NCBI RefSeq assembly: GCF_018350175.1
Contig: NC_058368.1
Span: 48,052,001-48,116,000, forward strand
DNA length: 64,000 bases
Direction of reading: 5' to 3'
Source of the DNA: Felis catus
Taxonomy: Eukaryota
Under the pieces are notes generated by a model. It was not told where the DNA came from. It made no database searches and was given only the letters and a program-made list of their open reading frames with translations. Shown here piece by piece: positions 1-12,560 of the stretch (within the stretch, counting starts at the first letter, position 1; every line of letters starts with the position of its first letter). The position numbers and the translations under genes are program-made.

Positions 1-789
1 CGGTGCCCAACCCCCAGATTCATCCAATTGTTACTATAAGAATTTTCATGAAAACTGGCAATAATTCCCCCAGATTATTACGGTCACAGAACGTTTCTCA
101 TTCTATTTTTCTGGTAATTTTGAGGGCTTTTCCTAAACATCTCCTTGCTATTGCTTACAAATTTCTTATTTCAAGGTTCTGTCTCAACCTGATTGTTAAA
201 ACCACTATCCAACTTCTAATATAAAGGCCTGCAGCAGTAATGATCATGTGTTCACTATATTGAAGCTGCTTGTAGGAATGCTCACGAGGATCATAAAGGA
301 AAGACTTCGTGTTTTTTATAAACTTGAATTAGTGCCGCTAAGGCAGTAACTTCAGACTTGCTGGAAGAATTTGGAATTTGGGTTGAACAGTAGGATTTTG
401 ATGACTCCTAACTGAGGTAAGTAGGCTAAAGGTGGAGGGAAATATTAGACAAAAGTTCTGAGCATCAGCAACCCCAAAATGAAGATGAATAAGAGACAGA
501 TCCATAGGAAGACTGGTGGCCTATGGTTTCTTTTCCTTCCTGCATCAATTAGAAGGTATAGTCATGATAAAATGATATGTGAGATGGGATAAAATATTTA
601 TTTGAGAACATTTTCCCGAAAATAATTAATTGGGGTGACTATTGGTGATTTTTCACACCATTTTAAGCATGGTTGGATCTCTTTATATTTTACATGAGAT
701 TTACAAAGTTTATTAAGCACCCAGGGGGAAACAAAGATAATCAAAATGTTGGGAAATAGAATAGATGAAGAAAAAACAAAGGACTGTGG

Positions 790-1125
790 GGAATGTAATC
801 TTGGGGAAAAGCAATTAGGGATAACATAAGGGTTTTCAAGTCTATGGATTGCTATTTGTTAAAAAACCAAGTTATTTGTTCCCTATTTCAATAGAGATCA
901 GAAATAGAAATGGACTTGTCGCAAGAAAGCTTATGTTTACACACAGTAAAGAACTTCTTGATTAAACTCTAGAACTTATGAGGGAGGAAAATTGTGGGTC
1001 TTTGCTTTAGGAAATCTTTAAGAATTGAAAAGGTAAGCCTTGGGTAATCTCATGTGGTGTTGGGTTGAAGCAGAAGGCTTAACTGGAATTTCTTTAGGTC
1101 TCTTCTAGTACTTAAATGTCATGAT
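790..1125 (+). mobile_element. CR1/L3-type LINE 3' end, highly diverged
   Basis: Resembles recalled L3/CR1 3' end ('ttttcaagtctatg', 'aaagaacttcttga', ending 'aggtctcttctagtacttaaatgtcatgatt'). Confidence 0.55.
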
Positions 1126-1300
1126 TGCATAAATAAGAATGCATCCACAAAGCAGGAAGAGAAGTAGACAGAACAATCAGGCGTAACCCACTTAGCAATA
1201 CAGTTGTTATTCCTGAACAAAGATTTTGGAAATCTCTGTTTTGAATTAGAGTTACAATAGCCAAAACCTTGTGACCACCTTGGAAGATTCTGGTTGGGCA

Positions 1301-1301
<1 letters not shown>

Positions 1302-1331
<30 letters not shown>

Positions 1332-1429
1332 GCTTTATGGGTAGGGTTACCTTGAGTAACAAAGGACATAATTGGACAAAGGACATTTGTGTGGAAATCT
1401 GTGACGTGTGTGTGTGTGTGTGTGTGTGT
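1302..1429. repeat. poly(T) tract and (TG)n microsatellite
   Basis: T run 1304-1330; TG run ~1406-1429. Confidence 0.95.
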
Positions 1430-2724
1430 ATCTAAAAAACAGTTCATGTTGTAATAAATATAATATCTTAAATAAATTTGTCTGAGACAGACACAATTTA
1501 GTCAGTTACTTTTTGGTAGTTTTCTAGTGATAGATTCTGGACTGAAATTAAAGGCTGACGTCTAAATCTGGAGGTGATGGTGAGATGTCCCCCAAGATTT
1601 TGGAAATTAGGTCGTCCCTTATTATTTTTTTAAGGTTAACTTAAAAAAATTGAAGTTAAAAAATTCTTGCACAATGGCTATGATTAGCCATTTAATATGG
1701 TAAATGGAGAATTTAGGAACAATTGACACTTGAATCAAGGTAAACTGAAGAAATATCAGCAAGGAGAACTAGAATGTAGTTCTAACTTTATAAGAAACTT
1801 AGACATTTACTTCTTATCCTGTCCTGGAGAAAACCTCTGTGACCAAGACAAGACTCATCAACTATGGAAGCTTTGAAAAGGCCAAGTCACAGAAGCCAAA
1901 ATTATCAGGGGAGACTTGGTAAGACTCTCTTCTATTGGCTGAATGTCTTACACTACTTAAGGTTCTCTTAGTCCTCACGTTCTGATTCCATCCATACTCA
2001 CCAAGATGATTTGGCTTTCCACACCACTTGACTGTGGGAGATAGTGTATTGATCTGCCAACTCAATCATTCTAACCTTTTTGACAGTTAAATTTTTCATT
2101 GTAAATGACTTATAGATCAGTCCCTGTGAGCTGAATAAATGTAAATCTACTCAGGAGAGATGGTTCACCATCGGCATGCTGATATTAGTGGTCTGAATCT
2201 GAATCTATAGGTTTCATATCCTGTTCTATTCACCAAGGCAAATGCCAACATTCAGGGGTTTTATTAGCCCCTCTCTCTCTCTCTCTCTTTCTCTCATTAC
2301 TTGCCTTCTTCAAGCGGAAAAGAAAATATGATTTAAAAATATTTTCACACAAGTGACTCTTCTCCAGCTCATACACATGAGAACTCCCTCACTAGTCCTA
2401 GAGAGTGGAAGTGAGAAGACCAAGACTCAGGAGAAAGAGGAGAGACTCTCAGGCTGTCCAGCAAGAAGAATTCTTATGCCACAAGTGAGTGAAAAATGAC
2501 TCACAAGGTCAGCAGCCACACTTATCAGAGACTTTGTGCCTCAATGATTTTGAAATATAACAGCCCTGGTATTTACTGCGACATATATTAGCAGTTTAGG
2601 AATGGCTTTGTCTAGATAACTGGGGTCTCTATGGTGCCATACATCATAAAATTCTATAGACATACGTGCATTGGCTTCAGATGGTAATGGGTTTCCTGAC
2701 TCTTGCACAAGCACTCTAGTGGAT

Positions 2725-3040
2725 CTTGCTACCACACCAACTCCAGTTGTGACCTTATCAGATTTCATAGGCTAACTAGGCTTTGGCTCGGGCAGTTTGT
2801 GAATGGCAGTGGTCCAAGAAAAACCAGGTGCTACAGGAAGTGGAATTGGTGATTCAGTCAGGTGCATTCTTCCTTATGATTCAGGCTGACCCACTAACTC
2901 ATCATTGTGAGTGGGCACTCTGCTTTCAGGGGTGCTTATGAATAAGATGTATAGTAAAGGTCTTAATCACTTTTGCTGACTGAAGAGCTTTCACAGAGAT
3001 TACTCTATGTAATGCCTTCAGAATTTCAAAATGGAGGAAT
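2725..3040 (+). mobile_element. AmnSINE1-like 5S-Deu SINE: 5S rRNA-derived head plus Deu domain
   Basis: 2751-2837 aligns ungapped to recalled vertebrate 5S rRNA at 54/87 by hand count. It is followed directly by 'aagtggaattggtgattcagtcaggtgcattcttcc...gggcactctgct...gaataagatgta...aggtcttaatcactt', matching the recalled AmnSINE1 body. Confidence 0.8.
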
Positions 3041-3489
3041 CAATTCTATTGTGGTAATAACTGTTATTGCTAATACCATTTTAGGTATGCTATATGCTCT
3101 ACTTCCTATCTTTACTCAGTATTGAAATGTAGAATATATTATTACATACTCAGGCGTTTTGCTCAGAGGTACTTTTGCACTTGGCAGTGGGTAGAATGTA
3201 TTTCTTCTTCTTTTGTTTTTAATTTGTCAAATCTGTGGACTTTAAAACAATACTTATAAGTAAGGTTACGTGTTCATTTCATTTGTTTACGCTCTTTCTT
3301 TAGAACTTAAAAAGGACTCTGAAGTAGAAGCAAATTAGTAAATAAGGAAATGGAAGCAAGAAGAAAATACAGCTGAGAATGTATGGCAGGAGAGGAGTGA
3401 GCAAACATATATTAAAATATCTAAAGCACATATTATTGCTAACCTATAAAATACAATTATAACTAACTATCCTCGCCTAACTCAGAATA

Positions 3490-3735
3490 ATGATTTAGGT
3501 CTTTCGCTTTGCTGTGAGACGGATCCGAGTTTACATCTGAACTCTGCCATATACTAGCTATGTCATTTTGGGCACGTTACTTGATGATATAGACTATAAA
3601 ATGGAGATAAGAATAGTATCTACTTCAAAGACTTATTAATAAGTATTAAAGAAGATAGTCCATGTAACATATTTAGCATGATGTTCGGTACATAGTAAAG
3701 TCTATCCAATGGTAACTTTTTATTATGATAATAAT
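3490..3735 (+). mobile_element. MIR SINE
   Basis: MIR core motifs 'ctctgccatatactagctatgtcattttgggcacgttactt' and 'ctataaaatggagataagaatagtatctacttca'. Confidence 0.85.
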
Positions 3736-3829
3736 TATTATATTAATTCCCATAAATTGATGATTGGATGGAAAGTTCCCAGTTGCCTTTTTTTTCTTAA
3801 CAGCTTTACTGAGATTCAGCTGCTTTTTA

Positions 3830-4067
3830 TTTTTATTTTATTTTTTTAAAAATTTTTTTTTCAACGTTTATTTATTTTTTTGGGGACAGAGAGAGACAGA
3901 GCATGAACAGGGGAGGGGCAGAGAGAGAGGGAGACACAGAATCGGAAACAGGCTCCAGGCTCTGAGCCATCAGCCTAGAGCCAGACGCGGGGCTCGAACT
4001 CACGGACCGCGAGATCGTGAGCTGGCTGAAGTCGGACGCTTAACCAACTGCGCCACCCAGGCGCCCC
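3830..4067 (-). mobile_element. Young Can-SINE (SINEC_Fc type)
   Basis: Full GGGGCGCC head, A/B boxes, CT tract and A tail on minus; many CpGs intact; TSD tcagctgcttttta at 3816-3829 and 4068-4081. Confidence 0.97.
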
Positions 4068-4907
4068 TCAGCTGCTTTTTAAAAACACGTATGCTTTTGA
4101 ATATTAGACGAAAAATGAATCCAGCAAGCCGTGAAGCATATGACATCATTCAAATCCATTTTTTCCTAAGCACAGAGCAGGATCTCTCAATGACACCCCC
4201 AGTCAGCTCCTTCAGGGCTGTAACGAGGTTCTTGCTGTATTTCAGCCGTGTCTTCTCCTTGTCAGTTTCAACTTTTCAAGGCTACATCTGTGATACCTAA
4301 AGGTTTTGATGGCCAATACAGGGATCTGTTAACAAGATATTCATTAATTTTATACACAGTTGAAGTTTGCAGAGACTGTAGTTTTTTGGTTCGTCTTCAT
4401 TTTGAAGTGACTTGAAGATCTACTTATCTTGGCTGCCCCTCATTGTGCATGACATGGAGAAAATGGAATCTTCCCAGGGCTTTGGCAAATACCTTGTATG
4501 ACCTGCACAGATCCTCACCTAATCCTTCCGTCTCTTCTTCCTTCTTGAGGAGCTGTCCCTGATTCTCTGCCATAGGCACAACCACCTACTTATTGAGAGT
4601 GAAGCTTTGATCCTGAAACACAAGCATTATCATAATGAAGCTGAAGCTGCCTTGGGGAAGATCACGGCTCACTATGAATTTGGGGAAATAAAAACCTGCC
4701 AAGGAAGGTAAAACCAAGGGGGCAGGGGCTGGTTGTGGAAAATGAGGGGACCTCACTTTCCTTTCTAAAAATGTTTTATGACATTAGGGAAAAAGATCTA
4801 ATTCTAGGTATTGTTTATTTCTTGAGGGCATCTACTATAAGGAAAATAAATCATCTGCCAAAAGTTTCTTTTCAGACACCCCATATTTTTTTTCAACATT
4901 TCTTTTT

Positions 4908-5124
4908 ATTTTTTTCTTTTTCTTTTCCTTTCTTTTTAATTTTGGAGACAGAGAGAGAGAGAGCACAAGTTGTGGAGGGATAGAGAGAGAGGGAGACACA
5001 GAATCAGAAGTAGGCTCCAGGCTCAGAGCTGTCAGCACAGAGTCCAACGAGGGGCTTGAACCCACGAACCTCAAGATCATGACCTGAGCCAAAGTCGGTT
5101 GCTGACTGAGCAACCCAGGTGCTC
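4908..5124 (-). mobile_element. Can-SINE
   Basis: Typical body; TSD caacatttcttttt at 4894 and 5125. Confidence 0.95.
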
Positions 5125-5554
5125 CAACATTTCTTTTTAAAATATAGTGATAATGTTTACCTATAATTCAGGTAAATTCAAGACTAGCAGAATTTTCCAT
5201 CTGAAAATAGAGCAGCCATATTTGAGGTGATAAGCTTAAGTGTTCTAGAAATGAGCTCATCAAGCCCTCCTGTGCATTTCCCCAGCATCTTCTGTGAACC
5301 TTTGCCTTTAAACAGATATTCAATTAAGTAGAGTGGTTGAACTGCCAAAATAAAATCTCTGCACTGGGTGTGTTTGTCCTTGTCAGTTCTTACCTGAGCA
5401 AAATGCTGATCTTACATTTCAAACTTTTGTATAGTCTCTGAACTTGTTCTCTTCTCAAATTACCAAATATGGTTACTTTGGTGAGCTCTGGAATCAGAGT
5501 GGGTTCGAGTCCCAGTTCAAGCACTTAGTTGTGTGCCTTAAAGCAGGCCATCTT

Positions 5555-5972
5555 GGGGCACCTGGGTGGCTCAGGTAAGCATCTGACTCTTGGTTTTGGC
5601 TCAGGTCATGATTTCACAGTTGATCAGATCAGGTCCTGTATCAGGCTCTGCGATGGCAGTGCAGAGCCTGCTTGGGATTCTGTTTCCCTCTCTCTGCCTC
5701 TCTCTGCCTCTTTCTCTCTCTCAAAAATAAATAAGTAAGCTTATTTATTTATTTGTTTGTTTTTTTCCCATTTTATTCTTTTTATTTTTTTTCAATATAT
5801 GAAGTTTATTGCCAAATTGGTTTCCATACAACACCCAGTGCTCATCCCAAAAGGTGCCCTCCTCAATACCCATCACCCACCCTCCCTTCCCTCCCATCCC
5901 CCATCAACCCTCGGTTTGTTCTCAGTTTTTAAAAGTCTCTTATAAGTAAGCTTTTTTAAAAAGAGCTAGAAA
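5555..5972 (+). mobile_element. Can-SINE with tail interrupted by L1
   Basis: Head ggggcacctgggtggctcag at 5555; degenerate TSD aaagcaggccat / aaagcagtccat. Confidence 0.92.
5743..5941 (-). mobile_element. Short 5'-truncated feline L1 3' end
   Basis: Near-identical to the L1 3' UTR at 35330-35473; TSD ataagtaagctt at 5731-5742 and 5942-5953. Confidence 0.93.
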
Positions 5973-6169
5973 AAAAGCAGTCCATTTCATTTTTTTTAGT
6001 CTGAAATTTTTTCATCTCTAAGCTAAGTATTAATAATAAGTTTGTGAAGGTTAATACATGTCAATTGCTTAATGTCCTACCTAGCACATACAACTTGTGT
6101 TATCTATTGCTGTATTACAGCCATCAGTATTTCAATGTTAAATGTTAACTCCAAAAGAGATCAGTTTAA

Positions 6170-6690
6170 AGGATATGGATATATGATTTATAAAAGGAGA
6201 AATTCAAAAGGCATCTAAACTTATGAAGAAACATCCAAGTTCACAAACACCCAGATAAAGGCAAATTAAACATTGATCATTTGTACTCAACAATTGAAAA
6301 AGATCATTGAAAATGATAATTTTCTGCTTAGGCAAAAGCACTGTTAAACAGGCAGGTACTCTCGTACCTAAGTGCGAGATTATAAATTGTTATAACCTTT
6401 TGGGAATATGTATCAAGGGTTTTAAAAGTTCTCATACTATTTGACCCTATAATTGGATGTGTCCCTTAAGGAATTAGTCAATGAGGCTGTCAGAGATTTT
6501 TATTAAAGCAATATATATAATAATGATAATTGTGAGACTAATGTGTGAAAAGAGATGAATGGTAAAATCTACCAATGGGATGTTGTGAAATTTAAATAGA
6601 GTTCTTATAGGGCACTTAAGGTTAGGAAAAATACTACAATATTATACAACTGAATAGAGTGTATGATCTTACTTTGTTATTACATGTGTA
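6170..6690 (+). mobile_element. Old L1M(E) fragment
   Basis: A-rich decayed ORF2-end/3' UTR motifs ('ataaattgttataaccttttggga', 'tttgaccctataatt'). Confidence 0.55.
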
Positions 6691-6714
6691 TTGTATGTGA
6701 GTGTTAGTGACACC

Positions 6715-7561
6715 TTTAGACATCTCCACATGAATGGCCAATAGGCATCTCAAGCTTGACCTGTCTACATCCTAATTTTTTTATTCCCAGTCCCTAAATC
6801 TCTCCTTAGTCTTCTTCATCTCGACAAAGGGAAATAACATCCTTCTAGTGGTTCAGGTCAAATCTTTCCTGAACTCTCTTTCTCTCATACCCACACCCAA
6901 TCCAGCAGCTAATCCGTTTACCTCTTCTTTCAAGCTGTCTCAAATCTGACCACTGTCCATCTGCAGCTGCTTCTCTGGCTGAGGCCTCTGTCATCCTCTG
7001 GCTAGGTCACTGCAGACGCCCCCCGGACCTGAGTGCTCACACCCGCCCTTCAACCCACTGTGCTCTTTTCTCAGCACGACATCCAGGGTGAACCTTTAAA
7101 ACACGTCCAATCATGTCACTCCTCTGTTCAAAGCCTCCAAAATAAAGCCAGCGCTCTTATTGGCCTATAGAGGCCATTCCGACTGGCATTTCTGCTCTCT
7201 CTCTGAATTCATTCTCTACCACTCTTCTCAAACCATTGGTTCCAGCCACTCTAGCCCTTTGTGTTCTTTTCCAGTGGGCTTTTCCACCTACTCTTTCCCT
7301 CTACCAGAAATGGTTCATGTAGCTGGTGCCATCACTATCTTTAGGGATTTGCCTGTGTGTCACCTCTCCATGTGACCACTCATGTTAAAGGACCCCTTAG
7401 ATCCCCTGCCAGAACCTTCAAACAAGCTCTCAGGGTCCGTTTGTGGGAGAACGTAGGGTAGTCGAGCTTCCAAGACTCCAGACACATCCAAATGAGACAC
7501 TGCACGTGGCTTTCTTTCTTTCTTCCTTTTTTTCTTTCTTCTTTCTTTCTTTCTTTCTTTT

Positions 7562-7620
<59 letters not shown>

Positions 7621-7875
7621 CTTTCTTTCTTTCTTTCATAAAAAGACCCCCAGCCTTAAAGCCCCAGTATTTCCTCTCTCTGCTCTCTTAACCTTTCAAA
7701 ATAACACTCACCACCATATGACTTACTTATACTTTCCTTATGCATGCTTTCTCCCTCATAGAATGTAAGCCCTCTGAGAGTTAATGACATTTTTCTTTTT
7801 TGCTCACTGTTGGATCTCTATTACTTAGAACGCTGCTTGGCTTATTTATTGAATAACCAAGCAAATGAACAAATA
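6715..7875 (+). mobile_element. L2 LINE 3' region, interrupted by (CTTT)n
   Basis: L2 motifs 'gacatctccacatgaatggccaataggcatctcaagct', 'tcatgtcactcctctgttcaaa' and terminal 'tagaatgtaagc...ttattgaata'. Confidence 0.8.
7510..7637. repeat. (CTTT)n tetranucleotide microsatellite
   Basis: Directly visible. Confidence 0.97.
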
Positions 7876-8404
7876 ACATATCTTTAAATTAATTCGATGT
7901 TTTTTATTTCCTTGTTTATACTTTTCTGTACTTTAATTTTCAAAAATGAGATTTTTTTCCTTACTTTTATTATCAGAATAAAAACCACTATAAATATTGT
8001 TCTTTTTAATTTTTAACTTGGCAATTGCTTAGTAATTTAAGGACTAACTGAATACATGAATCTTCCAGTCTTGTCTGTATTTTGTCTATGGAGCTCACTA
8101 TACAGCCCAAGTCAGCCTGATAAAGGGCGAAGTTATTTGCCTTTCCTTAACTCCTTAACTCTCACTTCCTCTTTTTCATGGCATTATTGAAAAATACCAT
8201 ATTTTCATCACTTTCTAAATCTGAATCACTATGTATTCAACTGGTGAGTTAATTCCTTGCCTGTCCTTTCAATTTATTACTACCATTATGAATACCTTAA
8301 TTACTTCACTGTTTGTAACCTTTACATTTCTATCACCCCTCTCCTCTTCTTCCAATAGAGCAAATGCTATGTTGTGGTCAGTGTATCTGTGAACATACAA
8401 AGGA

Positions 8405-8645
8405 TGCTAATATTTATATGATGGTCCAAGTTCTGGGAATCTGGTCTAGTCATTTTACATACACTGTATCCTTTTATTCTCAGAATAACCTTTTTTAGCA
8501 GCTATTATTGTCCCATGTGACAATGAAGAAAATGAAGCTCGGGGGGCTTTGGAAACTCACCGAAGAGCACACAGCTAGGAAGTAGGAGAAAGCACATCTA
8601 GCTGACTCCAAAGCCCAAACTCTTTCCACTTTTTATAATACACTG
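8405..8645 (-). mobile_element. MIR
   Basis: 'tattattgtcccatgtgacaatgaagaaaatgaagctc...cacacagctaggaagt...tgactccaaagcccaaactcttt'. Confidence 0.75.
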
Positions 8646-9139
8646 TGGTTGCCTCCCAGCTTGCAATTTGTTTATTTCTACACTTATACACTGCCTCTAT
8701 TCAGAAAGGATTTGAAGGAGATGATGCTATTGTTATTATTACTCTGGCTTCTACCTCCATTCTGCCCAAGCCCAGGAGGTTGGGGAGGATGGCATGGGCT
8801 GGAGATGGGTTGGGGGAGAAAGCTCATCCTGTCCCCACAACCCATCATCTTTAGCATCAATTACCAAGGGTGGGGAACTTGTAACAGAATCTGTAATGTG
8901 GGGTATGCCTGGTAGAGGCAGTGTTGGGGGTGTTTGCTATAGGGCGATTCTAACCTTAGCTTGGTAACCACTAACTATACTAATAGGTCTTTGATTTAGA
9001 GTTTCCATTGGTCCTTTGGTGACTATTTTCATTGCAAAATGACTTTCTTTTGATTTTTTTTTATTACTAAACACATCTTTATTCAATCTTCTTTGTGGAG
9101 AATAACTTCATTAGTTTTTAAGAAGGGAAAAAGATGGTA

Positions 9140-9335
9140 ACTAATGTCTGTGGAGTAACACTTTAAATATATTATCTTGTCTAATCTTCACAAATCCCCA
9201 TGAAATAGATCTCATTATCCTTTTTTTTTTTAACAGATGAAGAAATTTGGGTGGAGAAAAATTAAGTAATTTACATGGCAGGGCCCTAATGTAATTCTGT
9301 GGGGCTTTAAAGTCTATTTTCTGTCTACCACTTTG
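9140..9335 (-). mobile_element. MIR
   Basis: 'taatcttcacaaatcccc...aacagatgaagaaatt...aattaagtaattta'. Confidence 0.7.
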
Positions 9336-10489
9336 TGTGTTCATTCTAGATTTTACCTATCTCTGCAAATATTGAGATATGTTGGATTATGGCTCTGGCA
9401 CCCAGGATCTTTTTAAAAAAGAAGAACATATAGAACAGTTTTAGAGTTTGAGGCTGCTGAGGAAACCGGCATTATTCCAACCAAGTACAGAAATGCAGCC
9501 TCCTGGGCTTCCCAGGAGGTCTGAGCATTGGCATACTATTGATGTATCTATCTATGACTTGCTTTCTGATTTGAAATAGGTCTCTACATGTTTGTTTGTA
9601 ATAAAAAGATGTTGATATTCCTTACCAAAATTAACATTACCAGGCTGCTTTGATGTGTAAACATTTGTGTAAGAAAGTTTAAATGTTGACTTGTCTGGGA
9701 CAACATGAGGATTAGCAAAATGGCTTCCTCAGCTCCCTTTCTTATTCTGACGGATATAATTCTATTGCTAAACTCACACTGCAGTCATATGTTATTAATG
9801 ATATATCACTTATCTAGAATGTGATCTTCTAAAAGTTGCTTGCACTTGGGAAGAATCAAGTTCATCTCTGATGGTATTTAAGGGGCTGTAGAAGTAAACT
9901 AGTTCCACCAGTGTCGGGAAACTGTGAGTCATTTCATCTCTCATGCTATCTGACTCTGAATGAAGAAGGGCAATGTTCACATAGAAACCGTATAATTTGT
10001 CACGTTGAGAACAGACTGATCTTGTTCTAATGCTCTTGCAGAACTGCAGATATCTTTATATAAGGAGAAGTTTTCAGAATTTAATAAAATAAGGTTCAGC
10101 CTTAAGGAATGTGACTAATACATCTGAGATGTGTGACTCAAAACACGAGAAGGAAGAGATGCTTGTAGTTTTAACATTTGAACAGTTTTGAGTTACTTGA
10201 GTTTTTTTTTTAGAAAAAAATAATAGCTCATTGTTTTCATACTTAAAACATACAAAAGTTCCTTTAGTTCATAGACTTAAAGGAGAATCAACCACTGGAC
10301 AGAAAAAGATAAAAAAAAAAAAAAAAAGGTCCCTAAAGGATAATATCTTAGTATTGTTATCTCATTAAAAAGTGAAAATACTTGATGCAATTATTTGCAT
10401 ATTGACCTTAATGTGTGATATCAATCCCAAGATAATTTCTTAAGATATTTTTCTAATGTCCACATTTCCCTGAGTACTTCGTGCCACTC

Positions 10490-10493
<4 letters not shown>

Positions 10494-10529
<36 letters not shown>
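10494..10529. repeat. (TG)n microsatellite
   Basis: Directly visible. Confidence 0.97.
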
Positions 10530-10532
<3 letters not shown>

Positions 10533-12349
10533 ATTAGGTCTGCAGACTTGTGGGGACAAGTGTACATGCAAGTGCATGCAAAGGTAATAGCCAGCCCATC
10601 AGGGATGTCAGACATGCTGTATATTGGAAATGGGCGACGTTCTGTGTTTGATGACCCTTGCCAAACTGCAAAGTGCAAATTGGCAAAGTGAGTTTTAGCA
10701 CTCACAACCATAGTTTTGAAGATGGAAGAAATACATATTTACTCAAATCCCTAATTCAATAGAGTTGCAGACTGAGGATTTCTTTATAGCACATATCCCC
10801 CCTTTTATACTTAAACATGCCACAGATTGTTTACCTCACCACATAGTAAGGTTACACAGTGTTCTCTCTTATGTTCTCAACACTTACTGCATAGCATATA
10901 GTTACTACCAAATACCTGTTAGCTACCGAATAGATGAATACATGAATAAGTGAATGAATGGTTAATGATAGAATGAGTCTCAGAAAGGCTGTACAAGCAC
11001 ACAACCAGGAAAAGAAAGCCAGGTATTTCTTATTCTTCTATTTTATAGTCCCTGTGAGTTCTCTTTAGATGACTTAATTCCTTATTCTCTTTTACTCTTT
11101 ATTCCTGGAAATACCACCTGTTCTTAGCTGAACCAGGCCCTTCTTTCCCCTATTTTCACTTCTTTCCCAAAGTTTTGTTTAGTAACTGGGAAAAAAGCAA
11201 CTTCTTCCTCAACTCCACTTTGTCTGAACATGCAGCACACATGAGTCACTCATCACTTCTAATACACAATTGAGCCTTCCATCGCTCATGTTTGCTATAA
11301 ATATTTACTGCCCTGATCTCTGATGTACTTAATGTTAACACAATGTCTGGGCAACCTCAGACCTTTGATATATCTATACTAGCCTCAGTATTTGTCTAGT
11401 CTAAGATCTCAAACTAATTTAGGTTCTAAATATGGGATCCATTCCAGTTAAGTCAAGGTTTTTGACAAAGTTGAAAACACTGTGTCTTTTTTTCTGGGTT
11501 GCTAGGTGTTGTTCTAGAGAATGCCTGTATGTCTATCCATCTATCACCTGTCCCCAAATTCTTCTAATGAGCTTATGGAGTAGAAGGTATTAGCCTCATG
11601 TTTTTTTTCAGATGGGGATGTTGAGACTCCAAGAAGTGGAGTGACTTTTAGAAAGTGCTACATCCAGGATTCAAAGTGAGATCAGTTTGATTCTTCAGAT
11701 GAAGTTTTTTCCACGACACTGTGCACTTACTTCTTCCCACTCTGTACTTGTAGAGGTCATTTAAAGGCACTGAGACCATTAAGAACTGACCAGTGTGTGC
11801 CTATCAGAGCAGACCACTACTCGTTACCCCTTGCAGGTCTCTAGATCCTGGAAAGACAGAGAGAACAGGAGAAAACAAGGGTGTAGAAAGCTGTTCTCTT
11901 GACACATTTCTCATCCCAGTTTATAGTGTTACTGAATGGGGAGTAAAGAGATATGACCACTTCATATTTTCAGAACCAAGGCTCATTAATCTCCCTTTCA
12001 TATCTATGGGGACACTTCATTTTTACTCACTTGAGCTCAGAATACCAAGTTGGGGTGGGGACATCAGAGCAAGTGGTCAGTTATGTTTTAGAAGGCATTT
12101 GCGTATGATTTCACATTACTGCTATAAAAATATTCTCACACTTTTCCATTTTCACAGCTCTCATTCACTTTCTCCATTTGAATACCATCTATATTTTGAA
12201 TAAGTAGACATGCAGTGTCTATCTTATGAGATTTACTCTAAAAGGTGCCAGGAGGATATGAATATGTATAGTGTCACTTCTGCTCCCTTTCCAATGGGGG
12301 AGAAAGGCATGTGACTCTTGCAAGCTAAACTGAGGTCAACGCTATAAAT

Positions 12350-12560
12350 TCCCTCATTCATCCCTTCCATCAACAAACATTTATTAGGCTCTACTATGTG
12401 AAAGACATAAAATCGTAGAATAAAAGGCAGACTGATAACATGAAGGATGTGCAGATAAGGAGGTACAGAAGAGACAGAACTTACAGAGAACAGAGAAGGT
12501 TTCATGAATAATGTGGCATTTGTACTATATCTTAAGTAGAAAATTCTATACAGATTTATA
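12350..12560 (-). mobile_element. L2 3' end
   Basis: 'tcattcatcccttccatcaacaaacatttattaggctctactatgtg'. Confidence 0.65.

Larger units (their letters stand above)
5480..6110 (+). mobile_element. MIR split by a Can-SINE/L1 insertion
   Basis: MIR 5' part 5480-5554 ('ctctggaatcagagtgggttcgagtcccag'); 3' part ~5985-6110. Confidence 0.65.

Noticed and set aside
1551..1566. Exact 16-mer aaggctgacgtctaaa (CRE-like) repeated at 29669-29684
   Set aside because: Roughly one or a few chance 16-mer matches are expected in 64 kb of AT-rich DNA, and the flanks do not align.
2725..2840. Functional 5S rRNA gene
   Set aside because: Only ~62% identical to 5S, no terminator T run, and it continues into a SINE body.
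3764..4300. 178-aa ORF and the many MAQSVKRPTSAQVMIS-type ORFs
   Set aside because: They are translations of Can-SINE bodies, not host genes.
7430..7691. KERK/FFLS-rich ORFs (also 39522-39821 and 58007-58516)
   Set aside because: Stop-free purine/pyrimidine microsatellites.
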